IMG/VR virus record: IMGVR_UViG_3300031414_000001
Span: 32,001-96,000 of that record
Strand: one strand, 5' to 3'
From: a virus
Lineage: Duplodnaviria > Heunggongvirae > Uroviricota > Caudoviricetes
Length of the DNA stretch: 64,000 nucleotides
Shown here: positions 34,245-43,690 of the stretch, one piece after another
Layout of the letters: each line of letters opens with the position of its first letter
How positions within the stretch are numbered: the first letter of the stretch is position 1
Position numbers and translations under genes: made by a program
The notes under the pieces: generated by a model
The model's database searches: none
What the model was told of the DNA's origin: nothing
What the model saw: only the letters and a program-made list of their open reading frames with translations

Positions 34245-34400
34245 TTAATCCTTTTTGCCTTTATATTCTTTATATCCGAAGAAATTCGATTTTGGCATTC
34301 TTGTAATTAGAGGATAATTAAGTCCACCGCTTACAGATGCGATTGAACCAGAACTGGTAGCACCGGAAGAAGCATTTTCGTTTACTTTTTTCTTTTTCAT
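34245..34400 (-). CDS. Small 51-aa protein missed by the ORF track (MKKKKVNENASSGATSSGSIASV...)
   Basis: Fills the gap exactly, 1 nt from both neighbours; AGGTG SD-like sequence. Confidence 0.7.
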   Translation of the reverse strand: MKKKKVNENASSGATSSGSIASVSGGLNYPLITRMPKSNFFGYKEYKGKKD

Positions 34401-34401
34401 A

Positions 34402-34671
34402 TTATTCACCTTTGTTCTTACGCTTTTCGTCTAAGGTAAGATTCTCTAACCCCTTTTCGAATTTACGATAGTCACGGTTCTTAATACTCAAGAACAAACG
34501 TCTTGTGAGGTCGTTTGCTACTTCTTCGTCAAAATCTTCGTCAATACTATCCAGTAGATTGATTATCGAATTTATTGCATGATCAGCACGATTTCCTAAA
34601 CTTTGAAGTTTTTCTTTGTCCGAAGTATAGTTAACTATACTATCCAGAAGATTGTGCTTTTTACTCGACAT
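34402..34671 (-). CDS. Hypothetical protein
   Basis: 89-aa ORF downstream of the helicase. Confidence 0.7.
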   Translation of the reverse strand: MSSKKHNLLDSIVNYTSDKEKLQSLGNRADHAINSIINLLDSIDEDFDEEVANDLTRRLFLSIKNRDYRKFEKGLENLTLDEKRKNKGE

Positions 34672-34673
34672 AA

Positions 34674-36173
34674 TTACATCCTACCATTCAAAAAGTTTCT
34701 CATACTAGAAACTTTATCCTCAGCCTTTGGTGTATTTATATCTTGTGATTCAGGAGTACTGTGATTTTGTACATCATTTGTACTAGGTTTATGGGTAACT
34801 GTGGTAAGTTTATTCTGTAGAGAACTCATAGCACCGCCAGGAGCTTGTGGAGTACTGAATACATTACTTTTACCAATCATTACCTTCCCACTGTGTTTGA
34901 AACCAGTGTTAATTTCCATTTCCTGAACGGTATTAGGATGATCTAGTACTCGAAGTGAGTCAATATCGTAAGACATGATCAAACGAGAACCTACTGCTGA
35001 ACTATTACGTGTTTTCTGGAAGTCCAGAACCATTTCACCACGATCTTTACGAGCATCAATGTAAATTACGTTATCTGCTGTATAAATCTTGGAAATACCA
35101 CCAGCAATCTGTGCTTGAGACTTAACATCTTCTCCAGCAACACCAGAACGGTTGAACTGACAAGCTGTGAATACAGTTAGATCCATTTTCATAGCTAAAG
35201 CACGTAATTCTTCGGATACGAACTTATCTTTAACGAACGCATTAGACTTATCGTTCGGCCCACAACGATCTGATGTTAACAAATCGAGATAGTCTACACA
35301 AACATAGTCAAGTTTTACGCCAGTTTTGATTTGAAGTTCACGAATGTAACTTTCAATGTCGTTGACAGTACTAACAGATTCAGGTAAACGATGGATACGT
35401 AATTTACCGTTACTGCGTTCCTCAATTTTGACCTTAGCAGCAGTTTCATCAATATCAACTTTGACTTTATTCTGTGCAGTATTAACCATCATACCATAGA
35501 TACGAACAGCAACTAGTTCTGATGCTAGTTCTAGAGTGATGTAAGCACCGTTAAGTCCAGCTTTACTGAAGTTAACTGCTAAGTTTTGGAGGACAACTGA
35601 CTTACCACCACCTGACGCAGCAGCAAAGATTTCTAATTCTTGCTTACCGAAGCCACCAAATAGTTTATAGTCGAAAGTTTCCCAACCAGATTTGAATGTA
35701 CCTTGTTGTTCTGCCAATTTACGAATAACCGCTTCTGGATCTTCATAAATGTCTAGACCAATATCATTCTGTACTGTTACAAGCATGGCTTCACGAATGA
35801 GTTCTTCGATTCCACCATAACGTTTCTGGTTCACCAGTTCCATTCCTTGCTGAATAGCTTGGGCTAGAGCTTTATGACGACAGAATTCACCTACACTATC
35901 CAGTACTGCTTGTTGATTCAAATCTGGAACTACAGTTTCAGAATATGAAAAATCGGCATTGTGTTTAATGTCATTCAGTGTAGGAGTAATGTTGTACTTT
36001 GATGAATAATCATGTACATATTGAATGCTCGCATGATATTCCTTATCGAAATAGTCAGGCTTCAAAACATTCTTACAACGAACATACAAGTCCGGTGTAC
36101 TAAAAATTTGCTGTAGCAAATATAATTGATATTGAATATCGTATTTTCTAACGTCCGTGTTACTTACTGCCAT
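34674..36173 (-). CDS. 41: Replicative DnaB-like helicase (T4 gp41)
   Basis: AASGGGKS, YITLEL, VDYLD, EELRALA, TACQFNR, KTR. Confidence 0.92.
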   Translation of the reverse strand: MAVSNTDVRKYDIQYQLYLLQQIFSTPDLYVRCKNVLKPDYFDKEYHASIQYVHDYSSKYNITPTLNDIKHNADFSYSETVVPDLNQQAVLDSVGEFCRHKALAQAIQQGMELVNQKRYGGIEELIREAMLVTVQNDIGLDIYEDPEAVIRKLAEQQGTFKSGWETFDYKLFGGFGKQELEIFAAASGGGKSVVLQNLAVNFSKAGLNGAYITLELASELVAVRIYGMMVNTAQNKVKVDIDETAAKVKIEERSNGKLRIHRLPESVSTVNDIESYIRELQIKTGVKLDYVCVDYLDLLTSDRCGPNDKSNAFVKDKFVSEELRALAMKMDLTVFTACQFNRSGVAGEDVKSQAQIAGGISKIYTADNVIYIDARKDRGEMVLDFQKTRNSSAVGSRLIMSYDIDSLRVLDHPNTVQEMEINTGFKHSGKVMIGKSNVFSTPQAPGGAMSSLQNKLTTVTHKPSTNDVQNHSTPESQDINTPKAEDKVSSMRNFLNGRM

Positions 36174-36180
36174 TTAAACC

Positions 36181-37227
36181 TCAAATCCATTTTTCAGTTT
36201 GTACTCTAATATCGAATCTATCTGTGTATATACTCTTATGAAGAAGTTGTAAACAGAACAACCTTCCATACTTAGCACATGCTTCATCAAAATCCTTAAT
36301 GTGACGGATTCCCTCTCCATCACGAACAGCCCCGAAGTCAGGTAATGCTACACTGAATCCGTGCTCGATAGCTTGTTCAATTGTTACTAGACCATCTTTA
36401 TCACGGTCTGGTACGATAACTATCATTTTACCACGTTCCTGAGCTTTCTTCAACAATTCAATTTGTGAAGTACTAAGGAAGTAGTTATTAGCAGAGATTC
36501 CACCCATTAATGCTGCGTCAATCGGGCCTTCTGCTACCAGGATGGTTTGCATCCTGTCATCATTTAGCAAATCGAAGTTATAAAAAATGCTCGTACTCAC
36601 TTGGTTCCGATAACGATATTCGCTATCTTTGTCAATGTGACGAGCAGTATAACCGATAATTTGTCCATTCATGTAATACGGAATGATGAACCGTTGGAAC
36701 ATGTAAAACTCTTTTGATGGACTCCAGTACAGATCTAAGTCCAACAGATACGGATTACGATCATTGACTGCGTTAACAACTTTCATGAACTCTGGTGGAA
36801 TATTCGGAGAATTCACCCATTCAAGGAAAGGTTTAGCGTCAGGAGGTAAATCACGTTGTACTATTTTCTGGTATAGTTTTGATGCCGCAGTATCTTGTAC
36901 TTCGTAATCGCCACTTTCTACCATTTCTTTTGCGATTAGCTTAATGCTAATCATTTCTTTATCCGACGCACCATATGAACGAAGCAAGGATTCCATATCC
37001 TTGCTTACATATCTTCCTGGTGTCCAGACTGTTTTTAGGTGACAGTTAAAACAATTATACACAACAGAACCATCATTACGGAACATGTGATTTCCACGTC
37101 CTTTCGTATCAGGTCTTGATTGTCCTCTTGTAACACAAGCAGGACAATTGTGTTGATTCCAGCGATCCATCATTGGTGCTGGGTCGTGCATAATTGATGC
37201 CATAATGTCTTGTATCTGATTCATCAT
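36181..37227 (-). CDS. 61: DNA primase (T4 gp61-like)
   Basis: Zn finger CPAC...CFNC; TOPRIM EGPIDA, PDRDKDG, KDFDE. Confidence 0.88.
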   Translation of the reverse strand: MMNQIQDIMASIMHDPAPMMDRWNQHNCPACVTRGQSRPDTKGRGNHMFRNDGSVVYNCFNCHLKTVWTPGRYVSKDMESLLRSYGASDKEMISIKLIAKEMVESGDYEVQDTAASKLYQKIVQRDLPPDAKPFLEWVNSPNIPPEFMKVVNAVNDRNPYLLDLDLYWSPSKEFYMFQRFIIPYYMNGQIIGYTARHIDKDSEYRYRNQVSTSIFYNFDLLNDDRMQTILVAEGPIDAALMGGISANNYFLSTSQIELLKKAQERGKMIVIVPDRDKDGLVTIEQAIEHGFSVALPDFGAVRDGEGIRHIKDFDEACAKYGRLFCLQLLHKSIYTDRFDIRVQTEKWI

Positions 37228-37259
37228 TCAAATCCTATGTCTGTGTCAGTACTTCGATC

Positions 37260-37288
37260 ATTATACCACAATTTTACAAATCATTCCA
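37260..37288 (-). promoter_or_regulatory. Phage middle-type promoter TGGAAT-N17-TATAAT
   Basis: 13-copy motif, upstream of primase-helicase. Confidence 0.75.
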
Positions 37289-37289
37289 T

Positions 37290-38261
37290 TTATCTGCGAA
37301 TCAAAATCTTAGGGATAGTGTTCAACGGATTATAATCTTTCTTGATTATATTAGGTGGGTAATTTTTAACAATAGGAGGGATAGCAGCTACTACACGAAC
37401 CCACATAAGTTGTCCGTGGAAGTTAAATGCTCTAATTCCTTCCAATGGAATTGGAATACCGTTTGGATCAAAATCATTCTCAATGTATTCTTTACCATCA
37501 AGTTTAATGATGAACCACTTATAGTCTTCAGCATCCTTTGGAGTTTCATTAGCTAGACAACCTTGTAGTTGAACTCTACCAATGAAATTATTGAAATAAA
37601 ATGCGATAGTACTTAAACCATCTACTAAACCATATTGAGCATCAGCACGAATCGCAGAACTATGCAATACATCGAATTCCCCAATAATACCATTAGAAAT
37701 AGGTTTATTTTCCTTATCTTTAATTGGTAGATATGAAGGATTCTTTTCTGCACTGATTTCTTGACTTGGTGTAAATGTTGGGGCTGCTAGATTACTGATA
37801 GTTAATTCAGCACTAGCTTCAAAGTTTAAACCAGTATACAAGTACTCTGTAGGTTCAATTAGATCTCCATCCATTGTTACCTTAGTAATACTCCAACGGT
37901 ATTTTGAGCCAACACTTAGGTCTTGTATAACTCCAGCAGGAACCATACAACCATAGTAGACTTTAACTTTATTACTAACAGTTGGTCGTGCTTGTCCAGC
38001 TTCAGATACCCATGAAGGTATTTGCTTGTCAAGTACTGTTTCGAAGATTCTAGTATCCGAACGGGCATCAAAGATGCTGAATACTAGATATTGATTATCA
38101 CTAATCAATGTATATTTTCCATCAGCATTATGTATTGTAAAGCTAAGTGGATTGTTTGCACCTCTATAAATGGTTAGTTTCTGTTGAGAGAAAGGCATAT
38201 TGAAATTGCCTAGAGAAACTTCATTGTTATAAGGATACATGTAAACGCCATGATGTGCCAT
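37290..38261 (-). CDS. Hypothetical structural protein
   Basis: 323-aa beta-rich ORF; TAAATA at 38299-38304. Confidence 0.6.
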   Translation of the reverse strand: MAHHGVYMYPYNNEVSLGNFNMPFSQQKLTIYRGANNPLSFTIHNADGKYTLISDNQYLVFSIFDARSDTRIFETVLDKQIPSWVSEAGQARPTVSNKVKVYYGCMVPAGVIQDLSVGSKYRWSITKVTMDGDLIEPTEYLYTGLNFEASAELTISNLAAPTFTPSQEISAEKNPSYLPIKDKENKPISNGIIGEFDVLHSSAIRADAQYGLVDGLSTIAFYFNNFIGRVQLQGCLANETPKDAEDYKWFIIKLDGKEYIENDFDPNGIPIPLEGIRAFNFHGQLMWVRVVAAIPPIVKNYPPNIIKKDYNPLNTIPKILIRR

Positions 38262-38314
38262 GTTAAACCTCGATAAATATAATATACAATTTATACAATA
38301 TTTATGGAAGTCCT

Positions 38315-38668
38315 ATGAATGAATATAAAACTTATCCGTTCGTGACTATTATTGAACACGACGATATAATCTATTATGGGATTATCAAAATCAAAAGTAA
38401 ACAATACATGACATTGTACTGCTTCTCTGAGATGGATGAATCCCTTCAAGAAGAACTGCTATTACTAGCTAATAACTGGTGGTGGCAAAGTAATCGAACC
38501 ATTCCTATTTGCTTATTCATGCAAGAAGAAATGGAAAAATTTGAACCATATACCAAACGATTTAACACTGACCAAGTGAAAGTTCATAGCGGTCCAGTTA
38601 TTTCTTTAAGTGATCTACCTACTAAACGTATTAAACGTCGCAACGTTGCTCTTAAGAAGCGGAAGTGA
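38315..38668 (+). CDS. Hypothetical protein
   Basis: 117-aa plus-strand ORF (WWWQSNRTIPI), TAAATA at 38274-38279. Confidence 0.7.
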   Translation: MNEYKTYPFVTIIEHDDIIYYGIIKIKSKQYMTLYCFSEMDESLQEELLLLANNWWWQSNRTIPICLFMQEEMEKFEPYTKRFNTDQVKVHSGPVISLSDLPTKRIKRRNVALKKRK

Positions 38669-39302
38669 TGTATTCAACCAATGCGTTTAACTGAACAACA
38701 ATCATCAAACTATAAGCGTATGCATGAGGCTTTTTGAAGTATCTTAACTTCCGACCTTCAGCATCAAGACCAATACCCTCATAATCCCAAATCACTGCCC
38801 TTACTTCATCCCAACTATTCATACTCTGACATTGACGCTTACCTGGACGAATCATAGCAATAAACATTGCCAATTCATCTATGCTTTTAGGCTTCCAGAT
38901 GTGGAGCAACGTAATGTGCTTCTTAATCTGAGATAGTTCTTCTACGAATTCCGGTACTAATAATAGATCCCAATCAGGCTCTTTGTTCATTAACTCCTTC
39001 AAATGATCCCTATCACGAACATGCTCATAAGCCGATTGAGACAGAATATCAACTTTTTGATATCCTAATCTTTCGGCTTCTTTATATTGTATGCTTGATA
39101 ATCCACTAATTGGATCTACAGGTATATTATCGAAGTGAACACCACTATTGTGTGGGATCAAACCATCTTCTGTAATCTTCTCTACACTTCTAGTACAGGG
39201 AAGTTGCTCTATCACTGACTTTCCATCTTTAAAGTCAATATCAATATCAGTTCGAGCTTTACGGTAATTAATAGTTTGAGAACTCTTGTGATCCGTATCC
39301 AT
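38652..39302 (-). CDS. DNA polymerase III alpha (DnaE)-like protein, C-terminal catalytic fragment
   Basis: TDIDIDF (DnaE PDFDVDF), HNSGV, GYQKVDIL (third Asp), AMIRPG, FKKPHAYAY. Confidence 0.85.
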   Translation of the reverse strand: MDTDHKSSQTINYRKARTDIDIDFKDGKSVIEQLPCTRSVEKITEDGLIPHNSGVHFDNIPVDPISGLSSIQYKEAERLGYQKVDILSQSAYEHVRDRDHLKELMNKEPDWDLLLVPEFVEELSQIKKHITLLHIWKPKSIDELAMFIAMIRPGKRQCQSMNSWDEVRAVIWDYEGIGLDAEGRKLRYFKKPHAYAYSLMIVVQLNALVEYITSAS

Positions 39303-39627
39303 TCGTTATTTCCTTTAGTCTTTGGACTTCTTGTTTCAACGTAGCAATATCATTAGCCATAATCTTAAGTATGGATGTTTGCTCTTTAATACGCTGACGT
39401 AAAGTGAATAACGCTTCTTCATGCTGTCCAATAAAGGTAATAGCCTGTTCGATACGTTTAGGATCAGTAACCTGAAAAGTTCTGTCTCCCATTGTAATCT
39501 CGGTAACAGTACCTTGACGCAGGATTGAAAGCTGTGAAGCATTTTCTTTTAATTTCTCTTTCTCAAGAGCAATTTCTGTTTTTTCTTCTTCTGTAAGTTC
39601 TGGTTCAGAATAAATTCTTGATTTCAT
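39268..39627 (-). CDS. Hypothetical coiled-coil protein
   Basis: 119-aa ORF. Confidence 0.65.
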   Translation of the reverse strand: MKSRIYSEPELTEEEKTEIALEKEKLKENASQLSILRQGTVTEITMGDRTFQVTDPKRIEQAITFIGQHEEALFTLRQRIKEQTSILKIMANDIATLKQEVQRLKEITNGYGSQEFSNY

Positions 39628-40343
39628 ATACCTGCCTCCGTGAGTAAATTTCGTATATCCATTACTTCATCATTGTACCTGATTTGTAAAATCTTGAAGT
39701 ACGTTGGGTCAATGAATCGAACAAGATACTCTAACTCTGAATCCGAGAAACGGTTCAGTAGTTTATTTCCACTTTCTGGAGAAGCAGCGTAGATAATCCA
39801 CGGTGATAGTTTACCAGTCTCGAACCACAATATAGCACGTTCAGTACTGACATTCTCAAAGAAATCTGTCCATTCATTATCTGTAGCAACTCCCCATTCC
39901 ACAATTGCGTTAATAGAACGCTCGATACCTCGACGTGGATGTTCATTACGAATACAGCTAATTACCCATTCTTCGTATGTCTTTTGGGATTTCCATTCAT
40001 AGACGGTTTTACCACCAGTTAAGACATGCTTGATGAATTGTTCTTTATTTAGAATATCATGAGACAAAATATACTGAGCAAAATCATAGAAGTCATTAAA
40101 GTACCTGGATTTTATGAATTGCATCAATGGTTCTTCATTTTTCTTCATCTGAAATTTGTGTGCTTCCATGAATAACATGTACAGACGATATGCCTCACGC
40201 ATCAATCGGGATTCACGGTCATTATATCGATCACGCTTCACACAATTATGTGTCAGTACTGTATCTTCACGTTTATATTCTTTATCACAAAATCTACATT
40301 TAAAAGTAGGGGCTTTAGCAGCCCCTTTTTTATTTGTTGCCAT
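39624..40343 (-). CDS. Zn-finger hypothetical protein
   Basis: FKCRFC...THNC N-terminal motif. Confidence 0.65.
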   Translation of the reverse strand: MATNKKGAAKAPTFKCRFCDKEYKREDTVLTHNCVKRDRYNDRESRLMREAYRLYMLFMEAHKFQMKKNEEPLMQFIKSRYFNDFYDFAQYILSHDILNKEQFIKHVLTGGKTVYEWKSQKTYEEWVISCIRNEHPRRGIERSINAIVEWGVATDNEWTDFFENVSTERAILWFETGKLSPWIIYAASPESGNKLLNRFSDSELEYLVRFIDPTYFKILQIRYNDEVMDIRNLLTEAGI

Positions 40344-41175
40344 ATTTTTCGGTTTCTGCCTTGAATAGTTTTAAGAGTGATTTAATCTCTTGGTCTGAAC
40401 TACCTAAATCCTTAAGTAGTTCTTCAAAGGTTTCTTTCGTGTAACTGGACAATAATATTTTGTATTCTGCCTCATTCATTTGGACAGATACGGATTCTGG
40501 TTGTGTACGTTTAATAATTTCGAAAATATTCTTATCTACATTCTTTAAACCTTTACAATGTGCCAACCAGTTATGAGCACGTTTTTGTGGCCCAATCATT
40601 TCTGATACTGAACACATAAGTTGATAGACCAATTCAGGGTGATTCTTCATTTCCCAAAAGTTACTATTAACCATGTCATTCAACATAATCAAATGGTACT
40701 TAATTGTAGTACTATCGATCAATGAAATGATTTCATGTCCAGTAATACCAAATTCTTTCATCATTAGTACTAGAGCATCAGCAGATGCCCTATCCTGAAC
40801 GGCGAATTTGATTCTCCAGTCATATTTTGCGTGTTCATACTTAGCAGTACTGATACATACTCCGTTACCAGTACCGTTGAACTCGTCTTTTAGTTCATTT
40901 AGAGCTTCTTTACCGCCGCCTGACCATTTTCCAAAGATAGCTTCTACTTTCTTCGCATTATACGTCAATTGGACTGAATCATCAAGAGAACTAATCCAAC
41001 GTAATACGATATAAGGCTGGAAATGCTTCTTTTCTTTATCACTTAGGGTTTCATAATACCCATAATCTGCCATGTCAATCTTTTCAAGTAATAGATTCAT
41101 ATCTAACTTGTGATTTGACTCGGACGCTGAATCTTCATCCTCTGAAGATATTGGTAATCCGCTAAAATCGAACAT
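40330..41175 (-). CDS. Clamp loader small subunit (gp62-like) candidate with internal insertion
   Basis: FQPYIVLRWIS and NDMVN...HPELVYQL...NWL resemble gp62 motifs. Confidence 0.5.
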   Translation of the reverse strand: MFDFSGLPISSEDEDSASESNHKLDMNLLLEKIDMADYGYYETLSDKEKKHFQPYIVLRWISSLDDSVQLTYNAKKVEAIFGKWSGGGKEALNELKDEFNGTGNGVCISTAKYEHAKYDWRIKFAVQDRASADALVLMMKEFGITGHEIISLIDSTTIKYHLIMLNDMVNSNFWEMKNHPELVYQLMCSVSEMIGPQKRAHNWLAHCKGLKNVDKNIFEIIKRTQPESVSVQMNEAEYKILLSSYTKETFEELLKDLGSSDQEIKSLLKLFKAETEKYGNK

Positions 41176-41678
41176 TAGTCACCAATTCCTAAAAATAAAT
41201 CTTGGATTTTTTCATTTTCATCTGCAAAATATACACATGGTGGGTTTGTACCATTATGAAGGGGTACTGCTAGAAGGTTTTTCTTCGGAAGCATTGGAAT
41301 TTGCCACTTAGTTGTTAATGTGAATACTCGAAGTACTTTAACTTGCTCATATCGTGGATACATTGAGCGAATAGGATTGTAAACGAAAGCACGAGGGTCT
41401 TTCATATTCAAAATATTCTCAATAGTACACATCTCCATCATACCAGTATCTTCATCTCCTAGCAAGATTTGCCATCCGAGAGGAACCTGGACAATGTGAT
41501 TTCCAATTTGTAAGTCAGCACTAATACTGTTAAACGAAACTGTATTCAGAATATGTTTAAAGTAGTAATCAGCATCTTCGACCGAGCTTAGATCTAATAC
41601 GCAGTACATTTCTTCTGGAATGGTATCAGTAACCAAATCCATTTCAAATGCATAATTTTCAGGGGTTAATACGTTCAT
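41175..41678 (-). CDS. Hypothetical protein
   Basis: 167-aa ORF, AAGGA SD. Confidence 0.7.
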   Translation of the reverse strand: MNVLTPENYAFEMDLVTDTIPEEMYCVLDLSSVEDADYYFKHILNTVSFNSISADLQIGNHIVQVPLGWQILLGDEDTGMMEMCTIENILNMKDPRAFVYNPIRSMYPRYEQVKVLRVFTLTTKWQIPMLPKKNLLAVPLHNGTNPPCVYFADENEKIQDLFLGIGD

Positions 41679-41687
41679 GTGAATTCC

Positions 41688-42128
41688 TTAGTAGTAATTG
41701 TCGTCATCATCTTCGTCAGAATCCAGATAATAATCATTGTCATCATCGGAACTGCCGTAGAACTCCAATCCATAGGTTTCACACAATTCTTGAATCTTGT
41801 CTGTGTCAGTATCAAGGTACGCATCGAAATTACCAGTTACACTAATAACATCAATGTACGACTTTCCATCAGTACTAGCATAGATAATATCATATTTGCG
41901 TTCTTGATCAAATTTATCATCCAATCGAGCTTTAATGTCGTAGATGTTGACCCAAGAATCACCGTTACAATCGCAACGGTACACATAGGTATCTGTAGTT
42001 TCCAGTTCTGGAATGAAGTCTACTGAGAATACCATGTCGTCAATCATTGATTCTTCCGTTATCAGGTCATCAATGATTTCTAAAATTTCAGTTTCGCCAA
42101 TAAAGGCAATACTTGATCGAAGTTCCAT
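41688..42128 (-). CDS. Acidic hypothetical protein
   Basis: 146-aa very D/E-rich ORF behind a middle-type promoter. Confidence 0.7.
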   Translation of the reverse strand: MELRSSIAFIGETEILEIIDDLITEESMIDDMVFSVDFIPELETTDTYVYRCDCNGDSWVNIYDIKARLDDKFDQERKYDIIYASTDGKSYIDVISVTGNFDAYLDTDTDKIQELCETYGLEFYGSSDDDNDYYLDSDEDDDDNYY

Positions 42129-42161
42129 TTCAAAATATCCTTATTATTTTGTTTCGTCTAT

Positions 42162-42190
42162 ATTATAGCACAAAAATGCTACTCATTCCA
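42162..42190 (-). promoter_or_regulatory. Phage middle-type promoter TGGAAT-N17-TATAAT
   Basis: 13-copy motif. Confidence 0.75.
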
Positions 42191-43667
42191 TTTTTTCCCA
42201 ATCTTCCACTATCATTTCGACATATGGATACTGGACTTCTTTATAATAAGCTATACGTTCTCTAGAGTGCTTAGCACTGTACTTATTAGAACCGCATATA
42301 TCATAAATTTCAACATGGTCTTTATCTTCAGCACGGCGTAGACCACGACCGATACTTTGGATAGTACGAACAAAACTTTTTCCTGGCTCGATAAGTACTA
42401 CATTGTAAAGACGACTAATACTAATACCTGTACTCGCAACACCATAGGTAGCGATAAGTATCTTATTGTCAGCCCAACGTATCTCACCATAGGATGCTTC
42501 ACGGTCTTTCTTCTTAGTATCACCACGAACGAACTCAGACCTTGGGATACCTAAAGCATCACAAAGAAGTTCACCCGCCTCTAGCCTATCAACTAGTACT
42601 AGTGTGTTACCAGATTCCGCGATTGCTGCTATCAAAGTAGCAATATAGGACATTCGATCCTTATCAGTAACTAAGTACTTTAGTTCTTCCTGATAATTAC
42701 CAAATTTTAGAGCACTTTTTAGTTTAATGCAGTTCACATTACAAGTACTGAGAATCTTCTTATCCTGTAGCTCTTTCGCTGAGATTGTGTATATAACATC
42801 ACCGACATTACATTTAATCTTAGCTGCTAGTACTGGATCTTTAGGAATAGTACCTGTTAAACCCCAACGTAGGGGAATGTTACGCATTACTTGGCCTAGT
42901 ACTGCGTGTAATGCTTCTGCCGCACTTGTATGTGCTTCATCGACAATTACCGCAATTACACCATTAATGAAGTCATGAACATCTTGTTCAGTAAGTTCCA
43001 CTTCACCTTTCTTTGTCTTTTTCCACAAAGAGTTTAATGATTGCCAAGTTGTAATGGTATGCTGATGACCAAGTTCTTTCTTGTCACCATAGAATACACC
43101 AGCATCTAATCCGACCATTTCATAGTCATTATAGGTTTGCTGAACCAAGTCTTTGTTAGGTACGATTACAATACTACGACCGTACTTCTCAACTGACTTA
43201 GACATTGCTGCGGTGATTAGTGTTTTACCGGAGCTAGTACTTGCCAATAGTAATCCATGAGGATTCTGGAGGCAAGTGTTTACTGCGTTCACCTGATGTT
43301 CACGGAGGATAATTTTCTTACCTTCCATGTGATGACCCGCTGGGAATTCAACATAATCAAAAATATTTTCATCAATCGCATCGAACTCAAAATCGTGTTG
43401 AATACGTTGATCATCAATTTCGATCATTACATCATGTTTTTCAAGAATTGGAAGTAATTGATCCAACATGTGGTAGTGTGTACTACCACCCATATTCATA
43501 AAGTTTACCTTACCATCCCAACGACCCATACGACCCGCTGGGGTGAATTTCGCATATGGTAATACATAAGATACTTTACGAATCATTTCTTGACGAACAT
43601 TAGGGGCAAGCCCCTCAAATTTACAGTTAACTTCATCCTGAAGTATTAACTTACAAGTTCCACTCAT
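42183..43667 (-). CDS. uvsW: UvsW-like SF2 helicase
   Basis: WDGK, LREHQ, TSSGKT, DEAH, GLTGT, QSIGRGLR. Confidence 0.92.
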   Translation of the reverse strand: MSGTCKLILQDEVNCKFEGLAPNVRQEMIRKVSYVLPYAKFTPAGRMGRWDGKVNFMNMGGSTHYHMLDQLLPILEKHDVMIEIDDQRIQHDFEFDAIDENIFDYVEFPAGHHMEGKKIILREHQVNAVNTCLQNPHGLLLASTSSGKTLITAAMSKSVEKYGRSIVIVPNKDLVQQTYNDYEMVGLDAGVFYGDKKELGHQHTITTWQSLNSLWKKTKKGEVELTEQDVHDFINGVIAVIVDEAHTSAAEALHAVLGQVMRNIPLRWGLTGTIPKDPVLAAKIKCNVGDVIYTISAKELQDKKILSTCNVNCIKLKSALKFGNYQEELKYLVTDKDRMSYIATLIAAIAESGNTLVLVDRLEAGELLCDALGIPRSEFVRGDTKKKDREASYGEIRWADNKILIATYGVASTGISISRLYNVVLIEPGKSFVRTIQSIGRGLRRAEDKDHVEIYDICGSNKYSAKHSRERIAYYKEVQYPYVEMIVEDWEKME

Positions 43668-43690
43668 TCCTTGAGTCCTTTATTTGTTAC

